64,000 nt of DNA from an uncultured delta proteobacterium (lineage in GTDB: Bacteria > Bdellovibrionota > FAC87 > UBA2466). Below are positions 50,997 to 59,989 of the stretch, piece after piece. The position numbers and the translations under genes are program-made. The DNA lies in assembly GCA_963778115.1 (NCBI GenBank), contig CAVZSV010000004.1, forward strand, positions 1,024,001 to 1,088,000, written 5' to 3'. Positions within the stretch are counted from its first letter, which is position 1. The number at the start of each line of letters is the position of its first letter. A model generated the notes under the pieces. It did no database searches. It had not been told where the DNA came from and saw only the letters and a list, made by a program, of their open reading frames with translations.

Positions 50997-52226
50997 ATGA
51001 ACGGTGAGTGGAACTCGAGAAACTCTTCCAATGTCGGTACTAAGCGCCTGAATGACCGGAAGTGGAAGACATTATTCTGTCTCCTCTCTTTTTCCCTTCT
51101 CTGCGTTCCTCTACCAGCGGTACCGGATAATCCAGCTGATGATGCCGATCTAAAAGACAATTTGGATTTTCTTCAGAAAGATGCCCAACAAATGGTGGAG
51201 TCGAAGTTCGATCAACTGGGTAAACCCGCTGATCGGGATTTTCATTCCCGTGGGGTGTGTCTCAAAGGTACTTTCGAGACATTCCCGGAAAACGTCCCGG
51301 CTGAAACCGCGGCCCAAGTCCCCTTCTTTTCGACTAAAGGTAAGTATGCGATGTACGGCCGATTCTCTAACGGCTTTCCGGGACGCGATTCCAACGATCA
51401 CATTCCCAGTGTCTTTGGATTCGGAGTCAAAGTGATCGGAGTGCCGGGCAAGAAGTTTGATATGCAAAGTCTAGGATCCACCAAACCCGTCAATAATAAC
51501 CAAGATTGGAACATGGCCACCGGCGCGACCTTCGCTATTCCTACGGCGGCTCTCTATCGAGAATTTCGTGAAAGGGGACTAGAAAAGTTCGCCCTTAGCC
51601 ATCCTGAGATCGCCTGGGATGTGGGAAAGGGACTTATTCATATCGATGCGTTTCAAACGATCTCCTATCACAGCCAGGTCGCGCTTCACTTTGGAGAAGA
51701 TTATGTCGCTAAATTTTCGGCAGGCCCTTGCGATCAGGTCGATAAAAAGATTGGCCTAATTAAGGCGGAACTTCGCACCAAGACCTATACTACCGATAAT
51801 CTGGTACAGGACATTAAGACTAAAGGGTTTAGCTTCTGCTTTTGGGCGCAAGTTCGACCGGCTGACGAAAAGCTGCCCGAGGACAAAGCGGCCTGGGCGA
51901 CGAAGTATCCTAGAGACAATCCCTCGATACTCTGGCCGGAAAAGGTGATCCCTTCCGTCAAAATAGCGGAGATTACCTTCCGAGCTCAACCCGACGCCGA
52001 AAAATTCGAAAAGCTGCAAGAGCTGTGTAAAACGAGACTGTCTTTCAATCCGGGAAACACGTTGCAACAGCTTCGCCCCATTGAGAGTGATACTCTTATG
52101 CGATCCCGTTTTCTTGCAGCCTACGAAGGAAGTGTTACCAAGAGGACTTCTTTGAATCATCTCCCCGCCCAATGGGAGCCTGAGCCCGTCGCTCCGGAAA
52201 TGCTCGAAAAATGGCTCAACGAATAG
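50997..52226 (+). CDS. Secreted catalase-like heme protein
   Basis: RDFHSRG distal His, GRFSNG, LSFNPGN, RSRFLAAY proximal Tyr motif; hydrophobic N-terminal segment. Confidence 0.8.
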   Translation: MNGEWNSRNSSNVGTKRLNDRKWKTLFCLLSFSLLCVPLPAVPDNPADDADLKDNLDFLQKDAQQMVESKFDQLGKPADRDFHSRGVCLKGTFETFPENVPAETAAQVPFFSTKGKYAMYGRFSNGFPGRDSNDHIPSVFGFGVKVIGVPGKKFDMQSLGSTKPVNNNQDWNMATGATFAIPTAALYREFRERGLEKFALSHPEIAWDVGKGLIHIDAFQTISYHSQVALHFGEDYVAKFSAGPCDQVDKKIGLIKAELRTKTYTTDNLVQDIKTKGFSFCFWAQVRPADEKLPEDKAAWATKYPRDNPSILWPEKVIPSVKIAEITFRAQPDAEKFEKLQELCKTRLSFNPGNTLQQLRPIESDTLMRSRFLAAYEGSVTKRTSLNHLPAQWEPEPVAPEMLEKWLNE

Positions 52227-52242
52227 TAGTAAGGGCCCTCTC

Positions 52243-53913
52243 GTGAAACCAGTTTTGACCACAGCACTGCTTGTTGCCTTACTCGTGGCAGAAGGGCTGA
52301 GAGCCGAGAGCGATATCGATGGCAGCGTCGTCGAATCTTACGAGAAAACTATCCAAAGCTATTTGCAGGAAAAAAGTGTGGCTGAAGGCTGGGAGTGGTT
52401 TGCCTACCATTCCCACGGCTTCAATGCCACACCCATGATTTTGATAAAGCTTTTGCCCGAGCTTGATCCAGACATTTGGGGTCCCCCAGCGGAGAAGTTT
52501 TCTCGATTCGGCCATTACGTCCTGCCCGGTGATGAGAATCGTGTATTACCGACTTCACTTGGAATGTCGTCGTTTTCCACGAAAGAAAATCCCCATCCCG
52601 TCATTGTAACGACAGAGACGTGTGCAACTTGTCACATGGGAAGAGTGCGCCTGGGAGATAAGATCTTGCCCCTCTACGGCGGAGTGAATGTTCAGTTTGA
52701 TATCCGTAAATGGCGAAGCGCCTTAGAGAAAACCGTTGAGAAGTATTTGCACAGCGACAAGGACGTGAAGGCAGTCGCACGACAATTGCGCGACACCGTT
52801 CGATCAAAGCCAGTTGGTTTTTTCCACACCGATCCTCAAGAAGACGTTCGGCAACGAAATTATTTCTTAAACGGGGATGGTGCTGAAAAGATGCTAAGGG
52901 AGTTCGTCACGTGGACGAACGGATTTACTAAAGGCAAGAAAAAGCAGCGCGACACCGCCTACAAAAAAACGGCCCACAACAATCCGCCTGATATCGATGA
53001 AGGGCATCCGGGCCAGGTAGACGCTTCAGGAGATCTCCTCAGTCAAAGACTCCCCTTGGAATTCGGAATGCCGGCAACGGCGTCTTTGACGGACATCCCC
53101 AGTGTTTGGCTCCAGAGTGAATACTCCGTGGGGCAGTGGGATGGAAGTGTTACCAACCAGTTCATCCGAAACTTAGCCGCACAGATCGCCGTGGTTCCGG
53201 GAACGACCGTCGACAGACGAGTCGCCTTCCATGCGCTCCAATTTGTTGAAAACCTCCCCGCTCCCAAGTTCCCCTTTCTCCCTAGAGGACCGGGCCCTGC
53301 ACATGACGCCCAAATAAAAAGAGGCGAAGCGCTTTTTAAGACAAACTGCGCTGACTGTCATAAACCCCGAAACGATAGGTATTACCCCGAAGTACAAACG
53401 GATCTAAGCCGCGCCAAAGTGATGACGCGAACCGGAGGCCTTCTATTGGCGGCTATCTTCTTTGAAGCCTGTCACGCGAGGCTTCCCGATGGAACAAGTC
53501 CTCCGTCGTGCGGGAACTTTACGAAATATTTGCGCTCGGACATGACCGAGGACGGGGCAGCGTATGTGGCAAAGCCGCTTACGGGTCTATGGGCCAGAGC
53601 CCCTTTCTTTCATCACGGGGTAATTCCCACCGTACGGCATGTGATCTTTCCCGGCACTCGCCCAGAAAGGTTTGTCGTTGGCTCTTTAAGCTATGATAGC
53701 GAAAATATGGGATACGCCTGGGACATTAGCCGCATCGACGAATACCGAAAGCTCGACCCCTATGTCGGAATCATGGATACCACCCAGGACGGACTAAGCA
53801 ACAAAGGCCACGATCAAGAAAAGCTAATGGTGGACGGAAAAGTCTACCGGCTCGATTGGACAAAGGACGAAGCCGACGGCGAGGCCTTGCTCGAGTACTT
53901 AAAGACGCTTTAG
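52243..53913 (+). CDS. Secreted di-heme cytochrome c, RoxA-like
   Basis: Two CxxCH sites (CATCH, CADCH), YVAKPLTGLWARAPFFHHG, GLSNKGH. Confidence 0.8.
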   Translation: MKPVLTTALLVALLVAEGLRAESDIDGSVVESYEKTIQSYLQEKSVAEGWEWFAYHSHGFNATPMILIKLLPELDPDIWGPPAEKFSRFGHYVLPGDENRVLPTSLGMSSFSTKENPHPVIVTTETCATCHMGRVRLGDKILPLYGGVNVQFDIRKWRSALEKTVEKYLHSDKDVKAVARQLRDTVRSKPVGFFHTDPQEDVRQRNYFLNGDGAEKMLREFVTWTNGFTKGKKKQRDTAYKKTAHNNPPDIDEGHPGQVDASGDLLSQRLPLEFGMPATASLTDIPSVWLQSEYSVGQWDGSVTNQFIRNLAAQIAVVPGTTVDRRVAFHALQFVENLPAPKFPFLPRGPGPAHDAQIKRGEALFKTNCADCHKPRNDRYYPEVQTDLSRAKVMTRTGGLLLAAIFFEACHARLPDGTSPPSCGNFTKYLRSDMTEDGAAYVAKPLTGLWARAPFFHHGVIPTVRHVIFPGTRPERFVVGSLSYDSENMGYAWDISRIDEYRKLDPYVGIMDTTQDGLSNKGHDQEKLMVDGKVYRLDWTKDEADGEALLEYLKTL

Positions 53914-53980
53914 TTTCAAGCCTAACGACGAAGGCGTTGCCAATCGCCTGCTCATTAGGCAATAACAATGATTGACCGAT

Positions 53981-54027
53981 TCCCAATGTGGGGGCGTAGC
54001 TCAATTGGGAGAGCACCAGCTTTGCAA
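53981..54027 (+). repeat. Left att site: 5' half of tRNA-Ala (nt 1-38) plus 9-nt leader
   Basis: Direct repeat of 63149-63195 with one mismatch; identity stops at the end of the anticodon loop (TTTGCAA). Confidence 0.92.
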
Positions 54028-54361
54028 TCCCTCCAGCTACGAATCTCCAGGAAAAAAAGACGACAAAAAAAAGTTAATCGGATCGCCTGATTAACAAAAA
54101 TAACAACAACATGGCGCGAAGTCCTTGGTCTGGTTCGGCTCAGTGAATTCCACTTCTTTTTCTTTCCTCTCGAACCGGAATCGACCCACGAAACTTTACA
54201 AAGACACTAACCTCGAAAACCCATGGGCAACTGGGTTGTCGGAAGTTTCGATTACCACCAAAGGGCTCCAACGTATTCTAGTTACGCCCTCTAGACACCT
54301 TCCTTATACCAATTGGCCACGCGTCTTGATCATCACGCAAATCACACGTAAAGTATTAAAA

Positions 54362-55816
54362 ATGTTAAACTTAGTAAGGCTCAGCGCGATCCGGCTAAGT
54401 AACCTAAAGGTGGCCGCGTCAAACAAACTGGTATTGCTCTACAAAGGGGCCGACACACGCTCTTTGGCCTTATTTCGAATCTGTTTAGCGTTAATCATCA
54501 TCGCTGACGTGCTCACCCGAATTTCTAGCGCGAAGGCGTTTCTTTCCGATGCGGGTCTGACTCCACGGATGGAAATGATCAAGACGTTTCCCGTTCCTGC
54601 GCTCTGGCAGCTCTATTATGTTCGCGGTGAAGTTTGGTGGTCCTATCTTCTATTTGCCGTAACAATTCTCTGCGCAATTCTTTTGCTTCTCGGCATTTGG
54701 GCGCAATTTTCTGCATTTGCGTGTTGGTTTCTGTGCATCTCATTGCAATGCCGTACCCCGATGCTCGAGTATGGGGCTCATGACCTGATGAATATCCTGT
54801 GCTTTTGGTCGATCTTCATTCCCCTTGATTTACGGTGGTCTCTTAAGAAATCTAAAACAAAGGGCGCGCCTCTCCCGACTTACTACGCGTCTATGGGCGT
54901 GATTGCTCTATTGTCGCAACCCATTGTTATGTATATTTCGGCCGCCTGCGAAAAATGGGGAGCGAGCTGGCTGACCGCACGGACGGCTATCTATTATGCC
55001 CTCGAACAAAAAGGGGCAGCCTCTGCGTTTGGAGAAACGCTCCTTCATTATCCGTCACTACTCAAACATTTAACGTTTTTGGCGCTATTCGTTGAGTCCG
55101 TTTGCCCTTTCCTTTTGATGATACCCGGCAGGTTCGGTCTTCGGCTTGCAACTTTAGCGGCTCTCGTCGGACTTCAATTGGGGATTTTTCTCACTTTTGA
55201 TTTCGGTACCTTCCCTTTTGTATCTACTGTCGCCATTCTTCCGTTTATTCCTAGTCGCGTTTGGAATGGACGTGATGTTGGCACTGCGAAGAGACTAGTC
55301 TTGAATGGCAGGGGGGCAGGCGTGCTCTTTCTAAATATCATTCCCTTTAGCTTACTTGTCTTGTCAGTCGTATGGTGTTGCAGCCAGGTGAGAGTAGATT
55401 ATCCGAGAGTTCCAGTATTTGTCGATAAGGTCGCCAAGCTTCTCCATCTGGATCAATCCTGGAAGATGTACTCCGAGCCCTCAGATAAGACTTTTTCATT
55501 CTTAGTTACCGGCATAACAAAGAACGGCCTGACTGTTGACGTTGTAAATAAAAACATCGCTCCGGCAAAAGAAATAAAGATCCCAGATCACTTGTGGCTC
55601 CGGTATTTCGAATCTTTGAAAGCAAAACAGTTTGCCCCCTTGCGCCCGATTTTTGGTCGAAGTCTCTGCCGAGAATGGAACAGCCAAATCGGGGGCACAT
55701 CACGTCTCCAATCCACAGAGATACACGTCGTTCTGACTAAAGTTCAGCCACCTCCGAGAACAGAGTCCTCTGACACTATCGAAAACTTCATCATAAGCAG
55801 TCAAATGTGTGGTTAG
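54362..55816 (+). CDS. HTTM-domain membrane protein (SdpB-like)
   Basis: DTRSLALFRICLA, FLSDAG, FWSIFIPLD.RWS, LDQSWKMYS; start uncertain. Confidence 0.82.
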   Translation: MLNLVRLSAIRLSNLKVAASNKLVLLYKGADTRSLALFRICLALIIIADVLTRISSAKAFLSDAGLTPRMEMIKTFPVPALWQLYYVRGEVWWSYLLFAVTILCAILLLLGIWAQFSAFACWFLCISLQCRTPMLEYGAHDLMNILCFWSIFIPLDLRWSLKKSKTKGAPLPTYYASMGVIALLSQPIVMYISAACEKWGASWLTARTAIYYALEQKGAASAFGETLLHYPSLLKHLTFLALFVESVCPFLLMIPGRFGLRLATLAALVGLQLGIFLTFDFGTFPFVSTVAILPFIPSRVWNGRDVGTAKRLVLNGRGAGVLFLNIIPFSLLVLSVVWCCSQVRVDYPRVPVFVDKVAKLLHLDQSWKMYSEPSDKTFSFLVTGITKNGLTVDVVNKNIAPAKEIKIPDHLWLRYFESLKAKQFAPLRPIFGRSLCREWNSQIGGTSRLQSTEIHVVLTKVQPPPRTESSDTIENFIISSQMCG

Positions 55817-55819
55817 CCC

Positions 55820-56608
55820 TTATTTTTTCTGCAATACACAAAGCATACGCCATGCTTTCGGGTCTTCCATAGAGAAGTCTTGTTTGAAGTCTCCAAGGAG
55901 CTTCACTAGACGGAAACAACCGGATGAACTTACAAGGCCTTCTATATCAGTGGTCAGAAAGCCACGCACAATGGATTTTTGCCTTATGGACTGTTTTTCT
56001 CCGGCTGTAGAGGTGAACTCCAGAATTGCGGTGACCTCCTTACATCGAGTGATAGGATCATACGACTCTCCAACCTCGCCCCACTGAACGGCGACGGTTC
56101 CCTTCTCATTTGACATAGTCCATTTCGGTAGACGTTCTTCGGTTCCCAGAATGTACTTTGGATGTTCCAATTCGATGAAGTAGATTCCACCTGGATTCAG
56201 CGCCTCTGCTACGGTCTTCAGATGCATATTTAACATTTCATTCGTGTAGAGATATACAAGCGAGTCAAGCATACATACTGCCATATCAATCGGCTTAGTA
56301 ACTTTGAATGATTTCATGTCAGCATTAATAAGCTCTAGCTTCACCCCTTCCGATAAGGCCCGCTCTCCTGCGTATTGCACCATCTCAGGCGAGATATCGA
56401 CTGCGACCGCCCGAATCCCCCGCCTTGCCATTTCTCTGGCATGTACCGCCGGTCCTCCGGCAAGTTCCAGAAAGGATTTGGGCGTGCCACCCGCGAAGCG
56501 CCTGTAAATATCGATTAAGAAATCACACTCTTTGGCGAAATTCCTATAACTAAAGGCCAGTTCGTAAAGCTCACAAACTGCGTAGAATTTTGAGTGTGGT
56601 GAACTCAT
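55820..56608 (-). CDS. Class I SAM-dependent methyltransferase
   Basis: FLELAGGPA, AVDISPEM, ADMKSF, ALNPGGIYFIE; ATG overlaps upstream TAA (TAATG). Confidence 0.9.
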   Translation of the reverse strand: MSSPHSKFYAVCELYELAFSYRNFAKECDFLIDIYRRFAGGTPKSFLELAGGPAVHAREMARRGIRAVAVDISPEMVQYAGERALSEGVKLELINADMKSFKVTKPIDMAVCMLDSLVYLYTNEMLNMHLKTVAEALNPGGIYFIELEHPKYILGTEERLPKWTMSNEKGTVAVQWGEVGESYDPITRCKEVTAILEFTSTAGEKQSIRQKSIVRGFLTTDIEGLVSSSGCFRLVKLLGDFKQDFSMEDPKAWRMLCVLQKK

Positions 56609-56823
56609 TAGAGACTTTCCCCCTCGCCACAAAGAATTCCCAATTCAAAGAGTTCTGGATATTCTTGCAAGATTTTCATATTCTCGACGGAAAGAGTGTA
56701 CCCTAGCCGTAATTCATCGAGACATTTCGCGACAGGCTCGGGAACCGCCAGGGTCTTTCCTTCACCTTGGACTACAGCCCCTCGATAATACCGAATGGTG
56801 GTCACATTTTCCTTCAGTCGCAT
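56608..56823 (-). CDS. Small protein, possible stand-alone RiPP recognition element (PqqD-like)
   Basis: 71 aa, overlaps the genes on both sides; beta-strand-like N-terminus followed by helices. Confidence 0.55.
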   Translation of the reverse strand: MRLKENVTTIRYYRGAVVQGEGKTLAVPEPVAKCLDELRLGYTLSVENMKILQEYPELFELGILCGEGESL

Positions 56824-57566
56824 TTGCGTACCCAATCAAGCAACAGTTTTACTGTCGGCCGTAAAAGTTCAAGTGCAGAACGACTATCCAAGGCATTCAA
56901 CGGATTGAATTCTACCAAATCCGCGCTTACTGGCCCGTCGGCAAGCAGACAACTGACAAAATTGTTAAGTATATCCGTCGAAATTCCCCCAGAAACCGGG
57001 CCGCCCACTGCAGGAAATTCTATTGGATTCAAGACATCCACATCGATACTGAGGTAAAACGGCGATCCCGCGATGAAAGCTCGAATCTTATTAAGAACTC
57101 CATTAGTCCCTAAGGACATAATTTTTTCATCCGATATCACCTTGGTACCATGGTAACATTTATCGAGCTCGTAACGGGCTCCAACGATAAGGGTTTCTAT
57201 CTTCAAATCCGAAACTGTGTAGTAGAAAACGCTGTAGTGGTTAAGAAGAGGGTAAACATAAGCGTCGTGGTGGGCATCGAACACGACTATCTTGAGGCCT
57301 GGATGAAAAGACTTCAGAGCTTCAACCAGGGGGAAGGTGATCGTATGCTCACCTCCGAAGGCTAGGCGTATTTTATTGGTTTGTGCGGTTACAAAGATTT
57401 TTTTACAGTAAGCAGAAGGATCCAAGCCGTTAGCAGTCACATTACAAACCCCATCGGCTTCAATAATATCAAGAAACTGCTCTGCTCCTCGACTTGTGCC
57501 ACGGATGCGAGAGGTCTCGTCGTAGGGAAAAATTGCAATTCCAGACTGCTTCATTTGCGTTTTCAA
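56814..57566 (-). CDS. Arginase/agmatinase (ureohydrolase) family protein
   Basis: FGGEHTIT, VFDAHHD, YLSIDVDVL, DLVEFNP metal-binding motifs. Confidence 0.9.
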   Translation of the reverse strand: MKTQMKQSGIAIFPYDETSRIRGTSRGAEQFLDIIEADGVCNVTANGLDPSAYCKKIFVTAQTNKIRLAFGGEHTITFPLVEALKSFHPGLKIVVFDAHHDAYVYPLLNHYSVFYYTVSDLKIETLIVGARYELDKCYHGTKVISDEKIMSLGTNGVLNKIRAFIAGSPFYLSIDVDVLNPIEFPAVGGPVSGGISTDILNNFVSCLLADGPVSADLVEFNPLNALDSRSALELLRPTVKLLLDWVRKCD

Positions 57567-58873
57567 ATTTGACTGGACTCATTTGGAATTTCATAAATTC
57601 CTTTAGAGTACAAATCCAGGAAAGGGACATACTTTTCGTGAGGATTTTTATAGAAATTGCAACTCTGCTCATCGGGTGAGTCAATAGCTCCATGTAAGAA
57701 ATATGCGTTGCTACGACATCCTCCACTGCATTTGCGTGCTGCTGGACAAACGTTGATGTTTTTACACTGCATTCCACGGTACTGAGCAAAGACCGGATGG
57801 TGAAGCCAGATTTCTTTGAGGCTCTGTTGATGAAGGTTTCCCGATCCAAACTCTGGTCCTTCGTCAGGTGTCATGGTTGGACACAAAACCACTCTTCCGT
57901 TATGTTTGATAAAAACAAAACTCGCGCCTACGCCGCAACTAGGTTCTATTTTGGAATCGTTATAAGATTGGCTGGGGGAGTCGCACGTGCGCTTTGTGAT
58001 TTCGTTTTCCCCAAATGGAAAGAGCTCTCTAATTGCGGAATGATACTCGGAGTTTGAAAGCATGATCTCTTTGTTCCCCGAGGCGCGTCCTGCGGGAATT
58101 ATTCGATCAAGTTGCAACGAAACCTTCAAATCGTCTCGAAAATAGCGAACTAGGCTTGGAATTTCGTGTACGTTTTTCCGGGTAACCATAGTTACAACCT
58201 TGACGGGAACGCCCTCCGCTCTCAAGTTCGTAATCCCTGTAATCGCTCGCTCGAAAGCACCCTGGCGACCACGAAATTTATCGTGAAGCTCCGGCGTTAG
58301 GGCATCAATTGAAATTTGTACAGAAGCAACTCCACTCTCTCTTATTTGTTTAGCGGAGGCTTTGTCTATAAGTGTCCCATTTGTGTGGAGCGTTGAGATG
58401 ATATGCTTATCATGGATGTAATGGAGGATTTCGAAAATATGCCTGTTTAGAAGAGGCTCCCCACCCGTCAGATCTATTAGGATAACTCCTAGTCGTGCTG
58501 CTTCATCAATTATCCTAAAGATAAACTCTTTGGACTCACCCTTTGGAGCATTAGGCGACGAGCTGCAATAACAATGGGCACATTCTAGATTGCAGAGGAG
58601 ATTGATTTCGTACTGAATCCGTTTTAGATGGTGCTCAGTGCTGATTCGTCGAATGTTTGGTGGCTCATCACCGTGAGGGACGAACCAACCCAATTCGCTG
58701 GCCTTTTGAAAAAAATCCGCATATTCGGGTGTTGCTTGCCAATCCCCTGTGGTGCGGTTGAGAACCTCGAAGGCATCCGTATTAACTATGGAAATACTAC
58801 CATTCGCACCAATGATGTACGCTCGCCCTAACCGTTCATTTACAACGTAACTTAACGCCCCATTCAGTGGCAT
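57563..58873 (-). CDS. Radical SAM enzyme with SPASM domain and RRE-like N-terminus
   Basis: CNLECAHC, TGGEP, TNGTL, ISIDA; SPASM CGVG...GRVVLCP...C..C..CSGGCR...C. Confidence 0.93.
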   Translation of the reverse strand: MPLNGALSYVVNERLGRAYIIGANGSISIVNTDAFEVLNRTTGDWQATPEYADFFQKASELGWFVPHGDEPPNIRRISTEHHLKRIQYEINLLCNLECAHCYCSSSPNAPKGESKEFIFRIIDEAARLGVILIDLTGGEPLLNRHIFEILHYIHDKHIISTLHTNGTLIDKASAKQIRESGVASVQISIDALTPELHDKFRGRQGAFERAITGITNLRAEGVPVKVVTMVTRKNVHEIPSLVRYFRDDLKVSLQLDRIIPAGRASGNKEIMLSNSEYHSAIRELFPFGENEITKRTCDSPSQSYNDSKIEPSCGVGASFVFIKHNGRVVLCPTMTPDEGPEFGSGNLHQQSLKEIWLHHPVFAQYRGMQCKNINVCPAARKCSGGCRSNAYFLHGAIDSPDEQSCNFYKNPHEKYVPFLDLYSKGIYEIPNESSQI

Positions 58874-58976
58874 GTGAAGCGCCCTTCAGGACTTGATAGC
58901 GCCCTGGCGAGATCCGCGGATTTGCCGACCCGATAAGTGACAATTTCCCGCAAATGGCTTCTTGAAGACACGAACT

Positions 58977-59309
58977 TTAATGAGTTGGGGTGGATGTGGA
59001 AGGACAACGGCCTGAGAAGGTCGGACCTTCGCCCCCCGAAATACCGAGAGAATCGATGTGCTCGATTTTTGGACTGGATATCACCTTAAGATCGCCGCCT
59101 TCTGTCGGAACTCCTCCGGTCGCCTCGAGTTCCATTTCAACACCATGCTTTGGATTATCGACATCATGGCAAACACAATCCATTTTTTCGTTGCCTGCTC
59201 CGCTGTGCCCGCCTGAGTTTACGCTTCCATGATCCGCCTGGAGGGTGCGGCCGAACAGTAAGCTAACTACACCGATTACCAAGAACTTCAGTTTGCGCAT
59301 GGATGCCAT
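58977..59309 (-). CDS. Small signal-peptide-bearing protein, candidate RiPP precursor
   Basis: GGAGG RBS, 110 aa, Gly/Ser/Glu-rich, first gene upstream of the radical SAM gene. Confidence 0.65.
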   Translation of the reverse strand: MASMRKLKFLVIGVVSLLFGRTLQADHGSVNSGGHSGAGNEKMDCVCHDVDNPKHGVEMELEATGGVPTEGGDLKVISSPKIEHIDSLGISGGEGPTFSGRCPSTSTPTH

Positions 59310-59386
59310 TTAAGTTCCTCCGATTTTTTCATTTTATTTTATTCTACTTGCAGGGAGAAACAAATAATAAACTCTTCCATACCGCA

Positions 59387-59920
59387 CTAAACGCCGTTGC
59401 TTCGCGTTGTGAATGCCGTTTCATCATCGAGATCAATTGCTCCCGCACTCAATAAATAGCTGCGTTTCCCCAACGCTACTTCCACCAGTCGGGCGTCCAT
59501 AGTTACGACCCAAATGGCGCGGGGCGAAAAGACCCGATCGGTCCAAAAAAGGCCGGCTCGTAGGCCTTTGAGTTCGGGATATTTATTCTCGTCTCGCGCC
59601 CGAAGGAGAAATCGCGAGTAGGAAGAAAAGAAAGCTCTTCGCAGGTACGAATCAAGGGCGTAGTTACCTTGCAAATCAAAGTACCTCTCAGCAAAAAGAA
59701 AAAACTGAGAGCATACATTATTCTTCAATTGTTTTTGACGCGTTCCATCACGGCTGTTTCCGCGAGAATGTTCAAAAAAAAACACTTCGAACCACTTAGA
59801 AGAGAGCACGGTATCACTCTTGATTTGATCTTGGCGCAGAAGATAATTGAAAGGAGCTGCGTATACATCGATAAGTTCCCCCACTACGGCTAACTTAGAC
59901 TCCTCCATCTTCATGCGCAT
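59387..59920 (-). CDS. Hypothetical protein
   Basis: 177-aa ORF upstream of the candidate precursor. Confidence 0.5.
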   Translation of the reverse strand: MRMKMEESKLAVVGELIDVYAAPFNYLLRQDQIKSDTVLSSKWFEVFFFEHSRGNSRDGTRQKQLKNNVCSQFFLFAERYFDLQGNYALDSYLRRAFFSSYSRFLLRARDENKYPELKGLRAGLFWTDRVFSPRAIWVVTMDARLVEVALGKRSYLLSAGAIDLDDETAFTTRSNGV

Positions 59921-59989
59921 ATCTTATCGTCTTTTCCATCTTATTTAAAATCCGTGAAGACTGGAATATACTCTGGTCCGGAGAGTGCT

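Noticed and set aside
53990..54027. Second tRNA-Ala gene or intron-split tRNA
   Set aside because: Only nt 1-38 are present, with no 3' half or group I intron features nearby; better explained as an att site.
58977..59309. Assignment to His-Xaa-Ser (HxsA) or heme-c peptide classes
   Set aside because: No repeated HxS tract, and CVCH is not a CxxCH motif.
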